Of a stretch of DNA of 64,000 nucleotides, positions 8,150 to 16,445 are shown in pieces. The translations under genes and the position numbers were made by a program. Position 1 is the first letter of the stretch. Every line of letters starts with the position of its first letter. This stretch comes from a virus. The stretch is taken from IMG/VR virus record IMGVR_UViG_3300045440_000165, positions 1 through 64,000 of that record; one strand, given 5' to 3'. The notes beneath the pieces were generated by a model, which saw only the letters and a program-made list of their open reading frames with translations, made no database searches and was not told the origin of the DNA.

Positions 8150-8226
8150 CATGCGTTTAATATTGGCTTATTCTGTTATGTTAGAATAAGGTAGTGTTTA
8201 AAAATTACTTAAATAAAGGAAATAAA

Positions 8227-8568
8227 ATGCCTAAAAAAGAACCTTATGAATACTTGCAAGAACTTGAAAATTCGGCATGGTCTAGAGCTGAATCTTTTAT
8301 AATTATCGATCCTAAAAATAGCCCACTTAGCAAGCATGGCAAAATAAAAGTAGCATACCCCGCGAAAGGTGAAGGGAAATTGCAAGCGTTTGTATGGGAT
8401 ATATTAGGGCATCCGGTGCAACGTGGAGTTGCTAGAGGTTATGGGTATGATAAGTTAAGCTCTGCATTAGCAGGGTTAAAATTTGATACTATCACTTTCA
8501 CGGATCATCCGACAAATTGGGATACGCGATTAAGAGGTGCAGGATATATAATTATTCGCGCAATGTAG
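8227..8568 (+). CDS. early-region conserved phage protein (GYGYDK motif)
   Basis: track ORF 8194..8568; ATG at 8227 after AAAGGA; ARGYGYDKLSSAL. Confidence 0.75.
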   Translation: MPKKEPYEYLQELENSAWSRAESFIIIDPKNSPLSKHGKIKVAYPAKGEGKLQAFVWDILGHPVQRGVARGYGYDKLSSALAGLKFDTITFTDHPTNWDTRLRGAGYIIIRAM

Positions 8569-8879
8569 GGTTTTAAAATTACTTAATAAAGGAATAAGCA
8601 TGTCAGTATTTAAATTAACAAAAGAACATCAAGCCAAAATTAAATGCGAGGTTTATAGTTTTTTAAAAACTATTTGCCCAAAAGTAGATAGGAAATATTA
8701 ATCGTGTATAAACTAATTAGATTTTGCGCATGGTATCAAGTAGTTTTAGTATCTAACAATAAAGTTATGTTTCAATCAATTAATAAACGACGAGCGCAAG
8801 AATGGTTAGATATTAATTCGATTAATGCAGGGTAGTCTTTGTTACTACGCGCTAACTGCAATTTTAAATAGGTGATATT

Positions 8880-9053
8880 ATGCATATAAATGTAAGATTT
8901 TTTATATATTGCGGTAATAATGAGGAATGGGAGGTTGTAGAGTGTACAGAATCGGAATTTCTCAATGCTGAAGGGGTGATTGAGTATGAAAGGAATACAG
9001 CGTTTCAAAACGGGGTGAATCAAATCTGTCTTACTAAAAATCCTTTTATTTAA
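8880..9053 (+). CDS. 57-aa early hypothetical protein
   Basis: AGGTG RBS; MHINVRFFIYCGNNEEW...NPFI*. Confidence 0.6.
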   Translation: MHINVRFFIYCGNNEEWEVVECTESEFLNAEGVIEYERNTAFQNGVNQICLTKNPFI

Positions 9054-9066
9054 TCGTAGAATTTAC

Positions 9067-9095
9067 TTGTGTTGTCCACTTTTTAGACTTATAAT
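9067..9095 (+). promoter_or_regulatory. early-class promoter with operator-like spacer
   Basis: TTGTGT-TGTCCACTTTTTAGACT-TATAAT. Confidence 0.8.
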
Positions 9096-9127
9096 TAGTT
9101 GTACTATTAAATTTAAAGGGGAATACT

Positions 9128-9277
9128 ATGCTAGATGAATTATTGTTTGAGGATATTAGTTTTAGCACTAAAATTGTATTGGCAGGGTTTATTTTGTTAG
9201 CTCCTGTATTATATGCCAGTGATAGTATTGTAAATTATGCTATCGCAAATTTTGCTATTTTACATTTTTTATTTTAA
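9128..9277 (+). CDS. 49-aa hydrophobic (membrane) protein
   Basis: AAGGGG RBS; two hydrophobic stretches; first ORF after the promoter. Confidence 0.55.
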   Translation: MLDELLFEDISFSTKIVLAGFILLAPVLYASDSIVNYAIANFAILHFLF

Positions 9278-9287
9278 GGGGGATATA

Positions 9288-9536
9288 ATGGAAGATTACT
9301 ATATTTTCTTTGTCGCAGAGTGTTACTTAAGCGCTATTATTAACGACGATTACTCAGGGATTGAGGACGATGCAGAGCGTATGAAAGTGAGTGATTTTAT
9401 TGTGGAGTGTCACAGACTAGGTAGGGGACATTTCAGCGTAGACTTAGAATATAGCGAGAATTTCAGGAGGTGCTACATCAGTGGCTTATTCGCGGATTGT
9501 GAGGAATTAAGATATTATGTAAGGAGTAAGGCTTAA
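9288..9536 (+). CDS. acidic early hypothetical protein
   Basis: track ORF 9237..9536; ATG at 9288 after AAGGGGG. Confidence 0.7.
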   Translation: MEDYYIFFVAECYLSAIINDDYSGIEDDAERMKVSDFIVECHRLGRGHFSVDLEYSENFRRCYISGLFADCEELRYYVRSKA

Positions 9537-9556
9537 TATTTATTTTGCTTGTGTGC

Positions 9557-9585
9557 TTGCAATGTCTGAAAATTAGATTTACAAT
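9557..9585 (+). promoter_or_regulatory. early-class promoter with operator-like spacer
   Basis: TTGCAA-TGTCTGAAAATTAGATT-TACAAT, followed by a 28-bp leader identical to 7564-7591. Confidence 0.85.
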
Positions 9586-9617
9586 GCAGCTAGGCTTACA
9601 AATAAGGGAGTGTTATT

Positions 9618-9773
9618 ATGTCGTACGAACAAAGGTATAATTTTACAATGTATTCACCATTGGTAACACTTGCGCCATTGCTAAGGTATAGTCTTGCAAA
9701 CGATGATTTTGGTAATCTTGTCATTGTATCGGCTATTTCGTGGCTGTCAGCTCATTATTTTGTTAATAATTAA
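9618..9773 (+). CDS. 51-aa early hypothetical protein
   Basis: AAGGGAG RBS; MSYEQRYNF...DDFGNLV. Confidence 0.6.
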   Translation: MSYEQRYNFTMYSPLVTLAPLLRYSLANDDFGNLVIVSAISWLSAHYFVNN

Positions 9774-9787
9774 TTAAGGGATATATC

Positions 9788-9991
9788 ATGTCTAAACATA
9801 CGCCAGTGCATATTATTAGCGCGCATATAACAACTAATTTAAAGACTAACATTAAGACTTACTATTTAAATAGCAAACGAGTATCTAAGGACGTGTATAT
9901 TCTAAAGGAAATAGCAGCTAAAAGTTTTTATTGCTTATATAGAACATGTTCAAAAACCCACTGCAGGGATTATAAGACTTTTATTTATTGA
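9788..9991 (+). CDS. early hypothetical protein
   Basis: ORF track; AAGGGA RBS. Confidence 0.6.
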   Translation: MSKHTPVHIISAHITTNLKTNIKTYYLNSKRVSKDVYILKEIAAKSFYCLYRTCSKTHCRDYKTFIY

Positions 9992-10001
9992 AAGCATTAT
10001 T

Positions 10002-10229
10002 ATGAGTATATACGAAATTTGGATTAAGCACGATAAAATTCATAGAAAATACAGAAAGTTATCGGTTACAATGAAAGAACCTATGTTTAGTGTTGCAAGC
10101 TTATATGCGGATCAATGGGCGATTGATAACAATCAAAATAGAGATTTAATAGCGGTAAAGATTGTCAATTCTGACACTAGGTCTGAATTTATAATGTGTA
10201 GCAAGGCTACTTTTAGAATTGAAAGTTAA
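10002..10229 (+). CDS. early hypothetical protein
   Basis: ORF track. Confidence 0.6.
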   Translation: MSIYEIWIKHDKIHRKYRKLSVTMKEPMFSVASLYADQWAIDNNQNRDLIAVKIVNSDTRSEFIMCSKATFRIES

Positions 10230-10271
10230 ATTAGAATTTTTAAAGGCTAAGAAATAAAGAGATAAATTTGC

Positions 10272-10300
10272 TTGTAATGTCCACTAATTAGACATATAAT
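10272..10300 (+). promoter_or_regulatory. early-class promoter with operator-like spacer
   Basis: TTGTAA-TGTCCACTAATTAGACA-TATAAT. Confidence 0.85.
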
Positions 10301-10336
10301 TAAATACCTTCTTAAATTTAATAAAGGATGTTTCTT

Positions 10337-10504
10337 ATGTTAAAACTAGCATTAGTACGCAAAGCTATAAAGTTATTTCCTGTTGTTGATTACACTAATA
10401 AAGATAATGTTAAACATGCGCGTAAGGAGTGGATAAAGGCGCAATATTATTTAAGAGATAATAAGTTGTCTATGAAGCCGTTGATTAATATCAAGGGAAA
10501 TTAG
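10337..10504 (+). CDS. 55-aa basic early protein
   Basis: AAAGGA RBS; MLKLALVRKAIKLFP...KGN*. Confidence 0.6.
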   Translation: MLKLALVRKAIKLFPVVDYTNKDNVKHARKEWIKAQYYLRDNKLSMKPLINIKGN

Positions 10505-10505
10505 T

Positions 10506-10787
10506 ATGAGAACATGGACAAAAAGAGATGAATCCAAGTTAGAATATTTAGGTTTAATAGAATTTAAAATTAATAACGAGTGGCATAATTTTGAGATTAT
10601 GCACGACAATGAGTATGTTGTGTTTGGTAGTGCTACGAACACGGGGTTTTTGCAAAGTGGCTATATGCTAAAAGATGAATTCTTAGCATTAGACGAGAAC
10701 TTACAACAGTTACTAGAGGAATTAGAGACGTATTACCATCTAGGTAAAGAATATTGTTCTAGCATTGTCACTAATGAAAGGATGTAA
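10506..10787 (+). CDS. early hypothetical protein
   Basis: ORF track. Confidence 0.7.
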   Translation: MRTWTKRDESKLEYLGLIEFKINNEWHNFEIMHDNEYVVFGSATNTGFLQSGYMLKDEFLALDENLQQLLEELETYYHLGKEYCSSIVTNERM

Positions 10788-11190
10788 AACCATGAAAAAA
10801 GCAATTAAAATCACAGATAGTAATAAAGATGTAATAGAATCTTTATTAAAACAAATCAATGGTCGAAGTGTAACACATGTATATTCATCATTTAAAGATG
10901 TGGAAAGTATTGTAAGTCATGCAGAAAAGCAATTGGCATCTTTACGACTTCCTAAGAAAATGTATAAGGATGCAAAATATACGAGCGTATCCGGTGATAG
11001 TGTTGCAAGCGCGTATAAGTATGGCAGAAATGCAACTGAAATTGTAATTGTTAGAAAATCCGCTGCATGGTATGTTGAGAAGGTTAGAAGTGTAAATGTC
11101 TTTGCAAGCGGCGGAAATGATAGACTTTACTTGACAGAAAAGCAAGATATAGAAGTGGTTAAGAAAGTTAGACAATTATATAATGTGTAA
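10765..11190 (+). CDS. early hypothetical protein
   Basis: ORF track; probable start at MKKAIK. Confidence 0.7.
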   Translation: MSLMKGCKTMKKAIKITDSNKDVIESLLKQINGRSVTHVYSSFKDVESIVSHAEKQLASLRLPKKMYKDAKYTSVSGDSVASAYKYGRNATEIVIVRKSAAWYVEKVRSVNVFASGGNDRLYLTEKQDIEVVKKVRQLYNV

Positions 11191-11224
11191 TTCATACTAT
11201 TTGCTGGATAAATAAAGGAAATAT

Positions 11225-11521
11225 ATGTCTAATTTAAAAGATAAAATGCCTCCCAGTAATATCAGTACTGAAGAATTCTTTAAGTATTATTGCAAGGATG
11301 ATAATGCTATATTGTTTTACGAGCAAGCTAGAGATTCTCAAGACAATGCAGAAAGAAGAATTAAACCTTTAGAAAATGAAAACGAATGTATAAGGGAACA
11401 ATTAAATTTTGCTTTAGACGCTATCAGAGATATGGAAATTATGCTTGATAGAGTAACAAGATTGACAGAGTATAAAAAAGAGTTTATTAGAATTTTAGAT
11501 GATAGCTATTTGGAAAGATGA
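11225..11521 (+). CDS. early hypothetical protein (coiled coil)
   Basis: ORF track; AAAGGA RBS. Confidence 0.7.
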   Translation: MSNLKDKMPPSNISTEEFFKYYCKDDNAILFYEQARDSQDNAERRIKPLENENECIREQLNFALDAIRDMEIMLDRVTRLTEYKKEFIRILDDSYLER

Positions 11522-11533
11522 GAGGGTGTCACA

Positions 11534-11989
11534 ATGAACGAAAATATAATCATAGCAAGTAAAGTAGCCGCAATTAATCAAATGCATAGCTTTATTAATG
11601 GGATAGTTCCAAAGCTTATTGATATGCTAAAACAAGGGTATAAATGTAAAAAGGATGGAAGTTTGTTCGATAAGGATGCAAGGGATTTACAGGGAATAAT
11701 TAACAATGGCAGTGTGAAGTTACATTCTGCATTTGTCGATAGTAATGGGTATTCTGTTGTCTTGAGAGTTAAGAATGCCTATAAAACGGGGGAGTATAGC
11801 TGCAATTACGTAGAGCGTTCTGTGTGGCTATGTTCTTATGAACGAATTTTCGAGGAATTTACTCCATTTTGTGAGAACATGACAGAAAGTTATTATAAGA
11901 ATATTCAAGATATAATAGAAGAAAAGCAAGAGATGATTGATAAATTGCAAGGTGAGATAATGACAGCTAAAAGGGAAATATATTTATAA
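11534..11989 (+). CDS. early hypothetical protein
   Basis: ORF track; GAGGG RBS. Confidence 0.7.
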   Translation: MNENIIIASKVAAINQMHSFINGIVPKLIDMLKQGYKCKKDGSLFDKDARDLQGIINNGSVKLHSAFVDSNGYSVVLRVKNAYKTGEYSCNYVERSVWLCSYERIFEEFTPFCENMTESYYKNIQDIIEEKQEMIDKLQGEIMTAKREIYL

Positions 11990-11998
11990 AGGGAGTGT

Positions 11999-12319
11999 AT
12001 GATACCAACAACTGATAGAGTGCTATTCTTAGATGCTTACATTGAGTGTGCGGAATGGGCAGACGAGGAGTTACTTGCATACTGCGACACTGAAACATTT
12101 ATGAAAGATGCAATAGAAGATTGCAATTCGTTTATAATAGCTAATGAGGAATTATTAACAGAGTATTGCAATCGCGGCTATGATTTAAGTCAAGCTGGAC
12201 ATGACTTTTGGCTAACACGTCAAGGGCATGGGGCGGGTTTTTGGGATAAAGGCATGGAAGAACTAGGGGAACAATTGACAGCGATTGCCGAAGCATACGG
12301 GAGTTATTGCAATTTATAA
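11999..12319 (+). CDS. acidic early protein with GHDFWLTRxGHGAGFWD motif
   Basis: motif recurs in phage early regions; function not known to me. Confidence 0.75.
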   Translation: MIPTTDRVLFLDAYIECAEWADEELLAYCDTETFMKDAIEDCNSFIIANEELLTEYCNRGYDLSQAGHDFWLTRQGHGAGFWDKGMEELGEQLTAIAEAYGSYCNL

Positions 12320-12342
12320 TAAAAGGAGTATGTTAGGATTAT

Positions 12343-12368
12343 AAGCCACTCTAACCGGTGGCTTTTTT
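12343..12368 (+). terminator. intrinsic terminator closing the early island
   Basis: AAGCCAC...GTGGC-TTTTTT. Confidence 0.8.
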
Positions 12369-13780
12369 ATTGCCTATTTATTTGTGCGGCTATGCTATGG
12401 CAATGCTATATTGTATTATAACAAAACATTATTGTGTAATAGGAATATAATGGGAGTGATAATACAAAAGTGGTTTCTAATACTACATCTAGTAGTTTGC
12501 CAGTGTTTTGTTAGTAGCTTATTAGCAGCTTAGTATCAGGGTATTATTATAGTGTTAGTAATATATTATTAATCGAGTAATAGCTTACTAAAGTGTGCAA
12601 GTGTGCGGAAAGTACCCTTCTAGTGTACTGCCAAGGGATAACACACAAGGCATTGAGGGGGATGCCAAGGAGTATTCAAAAGAGTGTCTTCGAGAGTATC
12701 CCCAGTGTAGGGGAGGAATAATTTGATGTGAAACAAAAAAATGTTGCCCTTCTTAGGTAGAACGGCATAAAATAGCGCGATAGATGTAAATCACAGCATA
12801 AAATATCAAATCATCAACATAAACATTACAATAAATGCTATCGTAGAGTGATGATAGCATTCAATCCTGCAGCATCCCGTATAATCCCTATATAAATCAA
12901 TGACTTACGTGTGGTCAGTGTATGTCTACCCTCTACCTATGTGTAAGATGCCATTGTTCATTGACTCTTTATACGATGCCCATAGATGCCCCTAAAACCC
13001 CACGAGTGGCTCCAGCACTGGGTTTGAGGGTAGAGTACCAACAGAGGGCTATTAACGCCATGGTGATATTTTAGACTAGGAAATGAGGGATTTTAGGGAT
13101 ATGCGGTGGCCGTTACACCCCCCAAATAGAAATTTCCTATACATTTCCAAGGGTATTTCTAGATATTTTCAAGGATTTCTAAGGTATTTCTAAGGGTTTT
13201 ACGGGGATTTTATATATGTTTTACAGCCGCTATCCGATAATTTTACAGCCGCTAATAGCTTTTTGATATTTCCCACTATCACTAATTAATAGCCAATTTA
13301 AAATGGAAAATAGCCTAAAAATTTTAGCCTGAAAAATATTAAGGGAAGGAGATGATAGATATAGTAGATATATCAAAGTTACTGAATGTTACTTATAAGC
13401 AATGATATTTTGAGTGATATTTTGGGAGAGTTACTGGGTATAAATATTGAATATAAACGCTAGCAATAGACACTAAGTATTGACACTAGATATAGTATAA
13501 TAATTATGTAATATTATTTTGCACAAATGAATATATAAATATTTACATATTACAAGGTTTATAAGCTACAGATTGTATTGTGAGAATATAACCTATAACT
13601 TATAAATGGATATGAGGGATTACTTAGGAACGTGGACACGAGGTATTCGCTAGTAGGTACGAGCTACCTGAACGAAGTGATTATCTGCGAATGCTAGCGA
13701 ATTACATGCGCAATAGCGAATCCTACGAACGTAGTGAGGTATCGATGAGCGATAGCGAGTTACCATCTGGTAACAATATC

Positions 13781-14500
13781 CTACCACCTTGTGGTAATAT
13801 TCGCCACAGTCTTAGCATACCATTTCCCTCCCCGTTGAGTTTTATTACCATGTAAATTTAACTCTTCAGCTATAGCATGAAAGCTCATCCCATCTTTACG
13901 CATACGAGAGATTGTAGGTTTCATGAACAATGCAAAATTATCAGCTTCTTGCTTATTAGCAATTACACTTTGCTTGTTAGCTTTATGAGCATGAGCGGCT
14001 ACAGTTGGAAGAGACATTCCTAATGGCTCCCCTCTGGCTTTCTTAGCAGCGAAAGCAGCTTTAGTCCTCTCACCAATCTTCCTACGCTCCTCTTCTGCAA
14101 AGGAAGCTCTCAATTGAATTTCTAGAGGAGATACATCTATCCCGCATTCAGCTACGATAAATTTGGCAGAGCCATATTTGGTAGAAGAGTCCATGAGATT
14201 GAATATAAAGCTAGCTTTCCTAGACAGCCTATCAATCTTAGAAATTAGAATAGAAGCTCCTATCTTCTGAGCATCTTTGAAAGCTTGCTTTAGTATGGGC
14301 CTTCTATCAAGATCATATTTACCAGATACTATTTCTACCCTAGTATCAATTATCTCAATACCGTGGTAGCTTGCAAAGCGCTTCATATCTTCTATTTGAG
14401 CTTCCACCCCTAATCCTGATTTCCCTTGCTCTGTAGTGGAAACACGAGCATAGGCTATTACTTGCTTGCAAGCTATAGCTTGTTTAGATATTGATTTCAT
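13781..14500 (-). CDS. serine recombinase (resolvase/invertase family)
   Basis: AYARVSTTEQ catalytic Ser motif, RP.L, KIDRLSR, and C-terminal IAEELN...TQRGGKW. Confidence 0.93.
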   Translation of the reverse strand: MKSISKQAIACKQVIAYARVSTTEQGKSGLGVEAQIEDMKRFASYHGIEIIDTRVEIVSGKYDLDRRPILKQAFKDAQKIGASILISKIDRLSRKASFIFNLMDSSTKYGSAKFIVAECGIDVSPLEIQLRASFAEEERRKIGERTKAAFAAKKARGEPLGMSLPTVAAHAHKANKQSVIANKQEADNFALFMKPTISRMRKDGMSFHAIAEELNLHGNKTQRGGKWYAKTVANITTRW

Positions 14501-14526
14501 GCATCCTCCAGAAAGTAATGAAATAT

Positions 14527-14555
14527 AGTGTACAGGGATTAGGGGTAGTGTGCAA
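14527..14555 (-). promoter_or_regulatory. promoter of the recombinase gene
   Basis: TTGCAC-17-TACACT on the minus strand. Confidence 0.6.
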
Positions 14556-14571
14556 TAATTTATTTAAAAAT

Positions 14572-14877
14572 TTATTTCTTTACCATTAGAGTGAAATATA
14601 TCTCTTCCTCTTTCGATGTCCAAGTCCTAAAAATCCCCTCTTTAGAATCAAATATAATACCAATACTATCTTCTAATTTAAATCCATATAACATATAAGG
14701 GGGTGTATTACTTGGCTGCAATAAATCACTACTTGTCAAGCTGCTACTAAAATCCCAATAATATAAAATCTCATCATCTTCCACAGATAGTTTATTCCTA
14801 ATTATCTCTATTAGAATATTTAATAACCCATAATCCACTTGTGGGTAATCATAGAATCTGTATTTTGCATTATGCAT
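14572..14877 (-). CDS. hypothetical protein
   Basis: ORF track. Confidence 0.6.
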   Translation of the reverse strand: MHNAKYRFYDYPQVDYGLLNILIEIIRNKLSVEDDEILYYWDFSSSLTSSDLLQPSNTPPYMLYGFKLEDSIGIIFDSKEGIFRTWTSKEEEIYFTLMVKK

Positions 14878-14927
14878 TTAATACTTTCCCTTGATAAATA
14901 AATTAACACTTGCTTTTAATGAATAGC

Positions 14928-15125
14928 TTAATGCTTTGCATTAATGAATTCGCTAATAGCGGTCTCCGTAAGTGTGCAAATAGTCTTACAAAATAAATAA
15001 ATAGACATTACAGTAAATAACAATGTCACCATACTAATAGAGAATACTAATAATATCGTCATCTTTACTAGCTCGTATGGAAATAGTAATACTGAAGCTA
15101 TTGCACTACGTTTCTTCTTATACAT
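14928..15125 (-). CDS. small membrane protein
   Basis: long hydrophobic stretch. Confidence 0.55.
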   Translation of the reverse strand: MYKKKRSAIASVLLFPYELVKMTILLVFSISMVTLLFTVMSIYLFCKTICTLTETAISEFINAKH

Positions 15126-15181
15126 GTAATACCCTTTTTAAAATATGTTTTTATTAAAAATACCCTTTTTAAAATAAATTT

Positions 15182-15400
15182 TCATTTAGGAACAAAATAA
15201 CTAATTTTCAAATAACTATCCACCACCCTACTAAAGTCAGCTAAAAGCTCTTCTGGTGTTTTCCCTATATACATTACAACATCTTCTATCCCTTGCACAT
15301 GTCCAAATAGCATATTACGGTAGAAACACACTTTGATATTTCCTTTGAATCCTTTGTAATACAGAGTTTGCCCTGAAGTCAGTGTATCGCTATTAGTCAT
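15182..15400 (-). CDS. HicB-like antitoxin domain, orphan, lacking a DNA-binding C-terminus
   Basis: YKGFKGNI...LFGHVQGIEDVVMYIGKTPEELLADFSRVVDSYL follows the HicB N-terminal pattern. Confidence 0.7.
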   Translation of the reverse strand: MTNSDTLTSGQTLYYKGFKGNIKVCFYRNMLFGHVQGIEDVVMYIGKTPEELLADFSRVVDSYLKISYFVPK

Positions 15401-15849
15401 TCTCTATCTCCATAAATTGCAACTTTAATTAGCTTAGAAACAAATAGATAAGCTTCTTGATAGTCTAAGTAGCTTACATCCCCATACTCATCTATATCCC
15501 CACTTATAAACCCTCCATGCACCAATGGGCTAAATAAATCATACTCCCAGTCAGAATTACCAAAGGGGCGTCTACCGCTAAAACTTTCTTTCGTATCCCA
15601 CAGCTTATCTAGTAACATGAACAGGTAGTCTCTGATAGATATTTCATCATCTGCTGCATCACAATAGAATCGTACATTTAATGCAGCTTCATATTTATTA
15701 TCTGTCTCTAGTTCTACAAGCGGGGTGTATTGCACACCATCAATCATTATTTGCATATAGTGCTCCTTGCATAAGATGCTCCTTAAGTAATTAGAATACA
15801 CTTCATTGTTTCCCTTATATCCTAAACAATAGCTAAATTGTTCTTTCAT
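15397..15849 (-). CDS. hypothetical phage protein
   Basis: ORF track; FSGRRPFGNSDWEYDL motif; probable start at MQIMIDG. Confidence 0.7.
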   Translation of the reverse strand: MKEQFSYCLGYKGNNEVYSNYLRSILCKEHYMQIMIDGVQYTPLVELETDNKYEAALNVRFYCDAADDEISIRDYLFMLLDKLWDTKESFSGRRPFGNSDWEYDLFSPLVHGGFISGDIDEYGDVSYLDYQEAYLFVSKLIKVAIYGDRE

Positions 15850-15916
15850 ATAACATACTTTCCGCTATACACCGAATAATTAAGAAGGGAGCCGAAGAAT
15901 CCCCTTACAGTAGATT

Positions 15917-16159
15917 CTAGTATGGAAGATACTCCCATTGATAATCTATCATAATTTGTTTTATCTTGCTAATAACATATTCTTCATCTTGCGTATAATA
16001 GAATGTTAATAGCTCCTTGTGTAACTTATCTGTAGGATCAATATCTCGTAAATAAGTATTATAAAAGAATTGTCCTAATCTAAGCTGTGCAGGTTTGATG
16101 CTGCGTAGTGCTACAATGAATTCCTCTAGTGACATAGGGCCTTGTATCATAATCACCAA
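15917..16159 (-). CDS. hypothetical protein (RLGQ motif)
   Basis: ORF track. Confidence 0.65.
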   Translation of the reverse strand: MVIMIQGPMSLEEFIVALRSIKPAQLRLGQFFYNTYLRDIDPTDKLHKELLTFYYTQDEEYVISKIKQIMIDYQWEYLPY

Positions 16160-16431
16160 CCTCTGGGACTAAGATATACTCTAGCATCTTGCCCTGTAAT
16201 TCTCTTGAATTTACATTTCAATGCTTCAATTACATCAAGATCAATATTAATTTCTGTAGCACAGAAATCTCCACTACTCTCGTAAGTAAATCCAGCAATA
16301 GCATCATCTTCTCCGTCACCATCGTAATAGGGGGAACATACATCTAGTTCCTCATCCTCAATCAAATCTTGATGTGTTACTTCTCCGCGAGGAAGTCCCA
16401 CCATAATGCTGGCTGCGTAACATACTCCCAT
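16153..16431 (-). CDS. hypothetical protein
   Basis: ORF track; AAAGGA RBS. Confidence 0.7.
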   Translation of the reverse strand: MGVCYAASIMVGLPRGEVTHQDLIEDEELDVCSPYYDGDGEDDAIAGFTYESSGDFCATEINIDLDVIEALKCKFKRITGQDARVYLSPRGW

Positions 16432-16445
16432 TATATTTCCTTTAA

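Noticed and set aside
7534-10300. Repeated palindromes as a CRISPR array or integron attC sites
   Set aside because: Copies are 0.5-1.5 kb apart and sit exactly between -35 and -10 boxes; no cas or tyrosine integrase gene
12370-13760. Mini-CRISPR array in the long non-coding gap
   Set aside because: Only short (8-14 bp) irregular repeats; no constant repeat-spacer period
13781-14500. Integrase indicating a prophage
   Set aside because: Too short for a large serine integrase; no host genes, att-like junction or CI/Cro switch in the window
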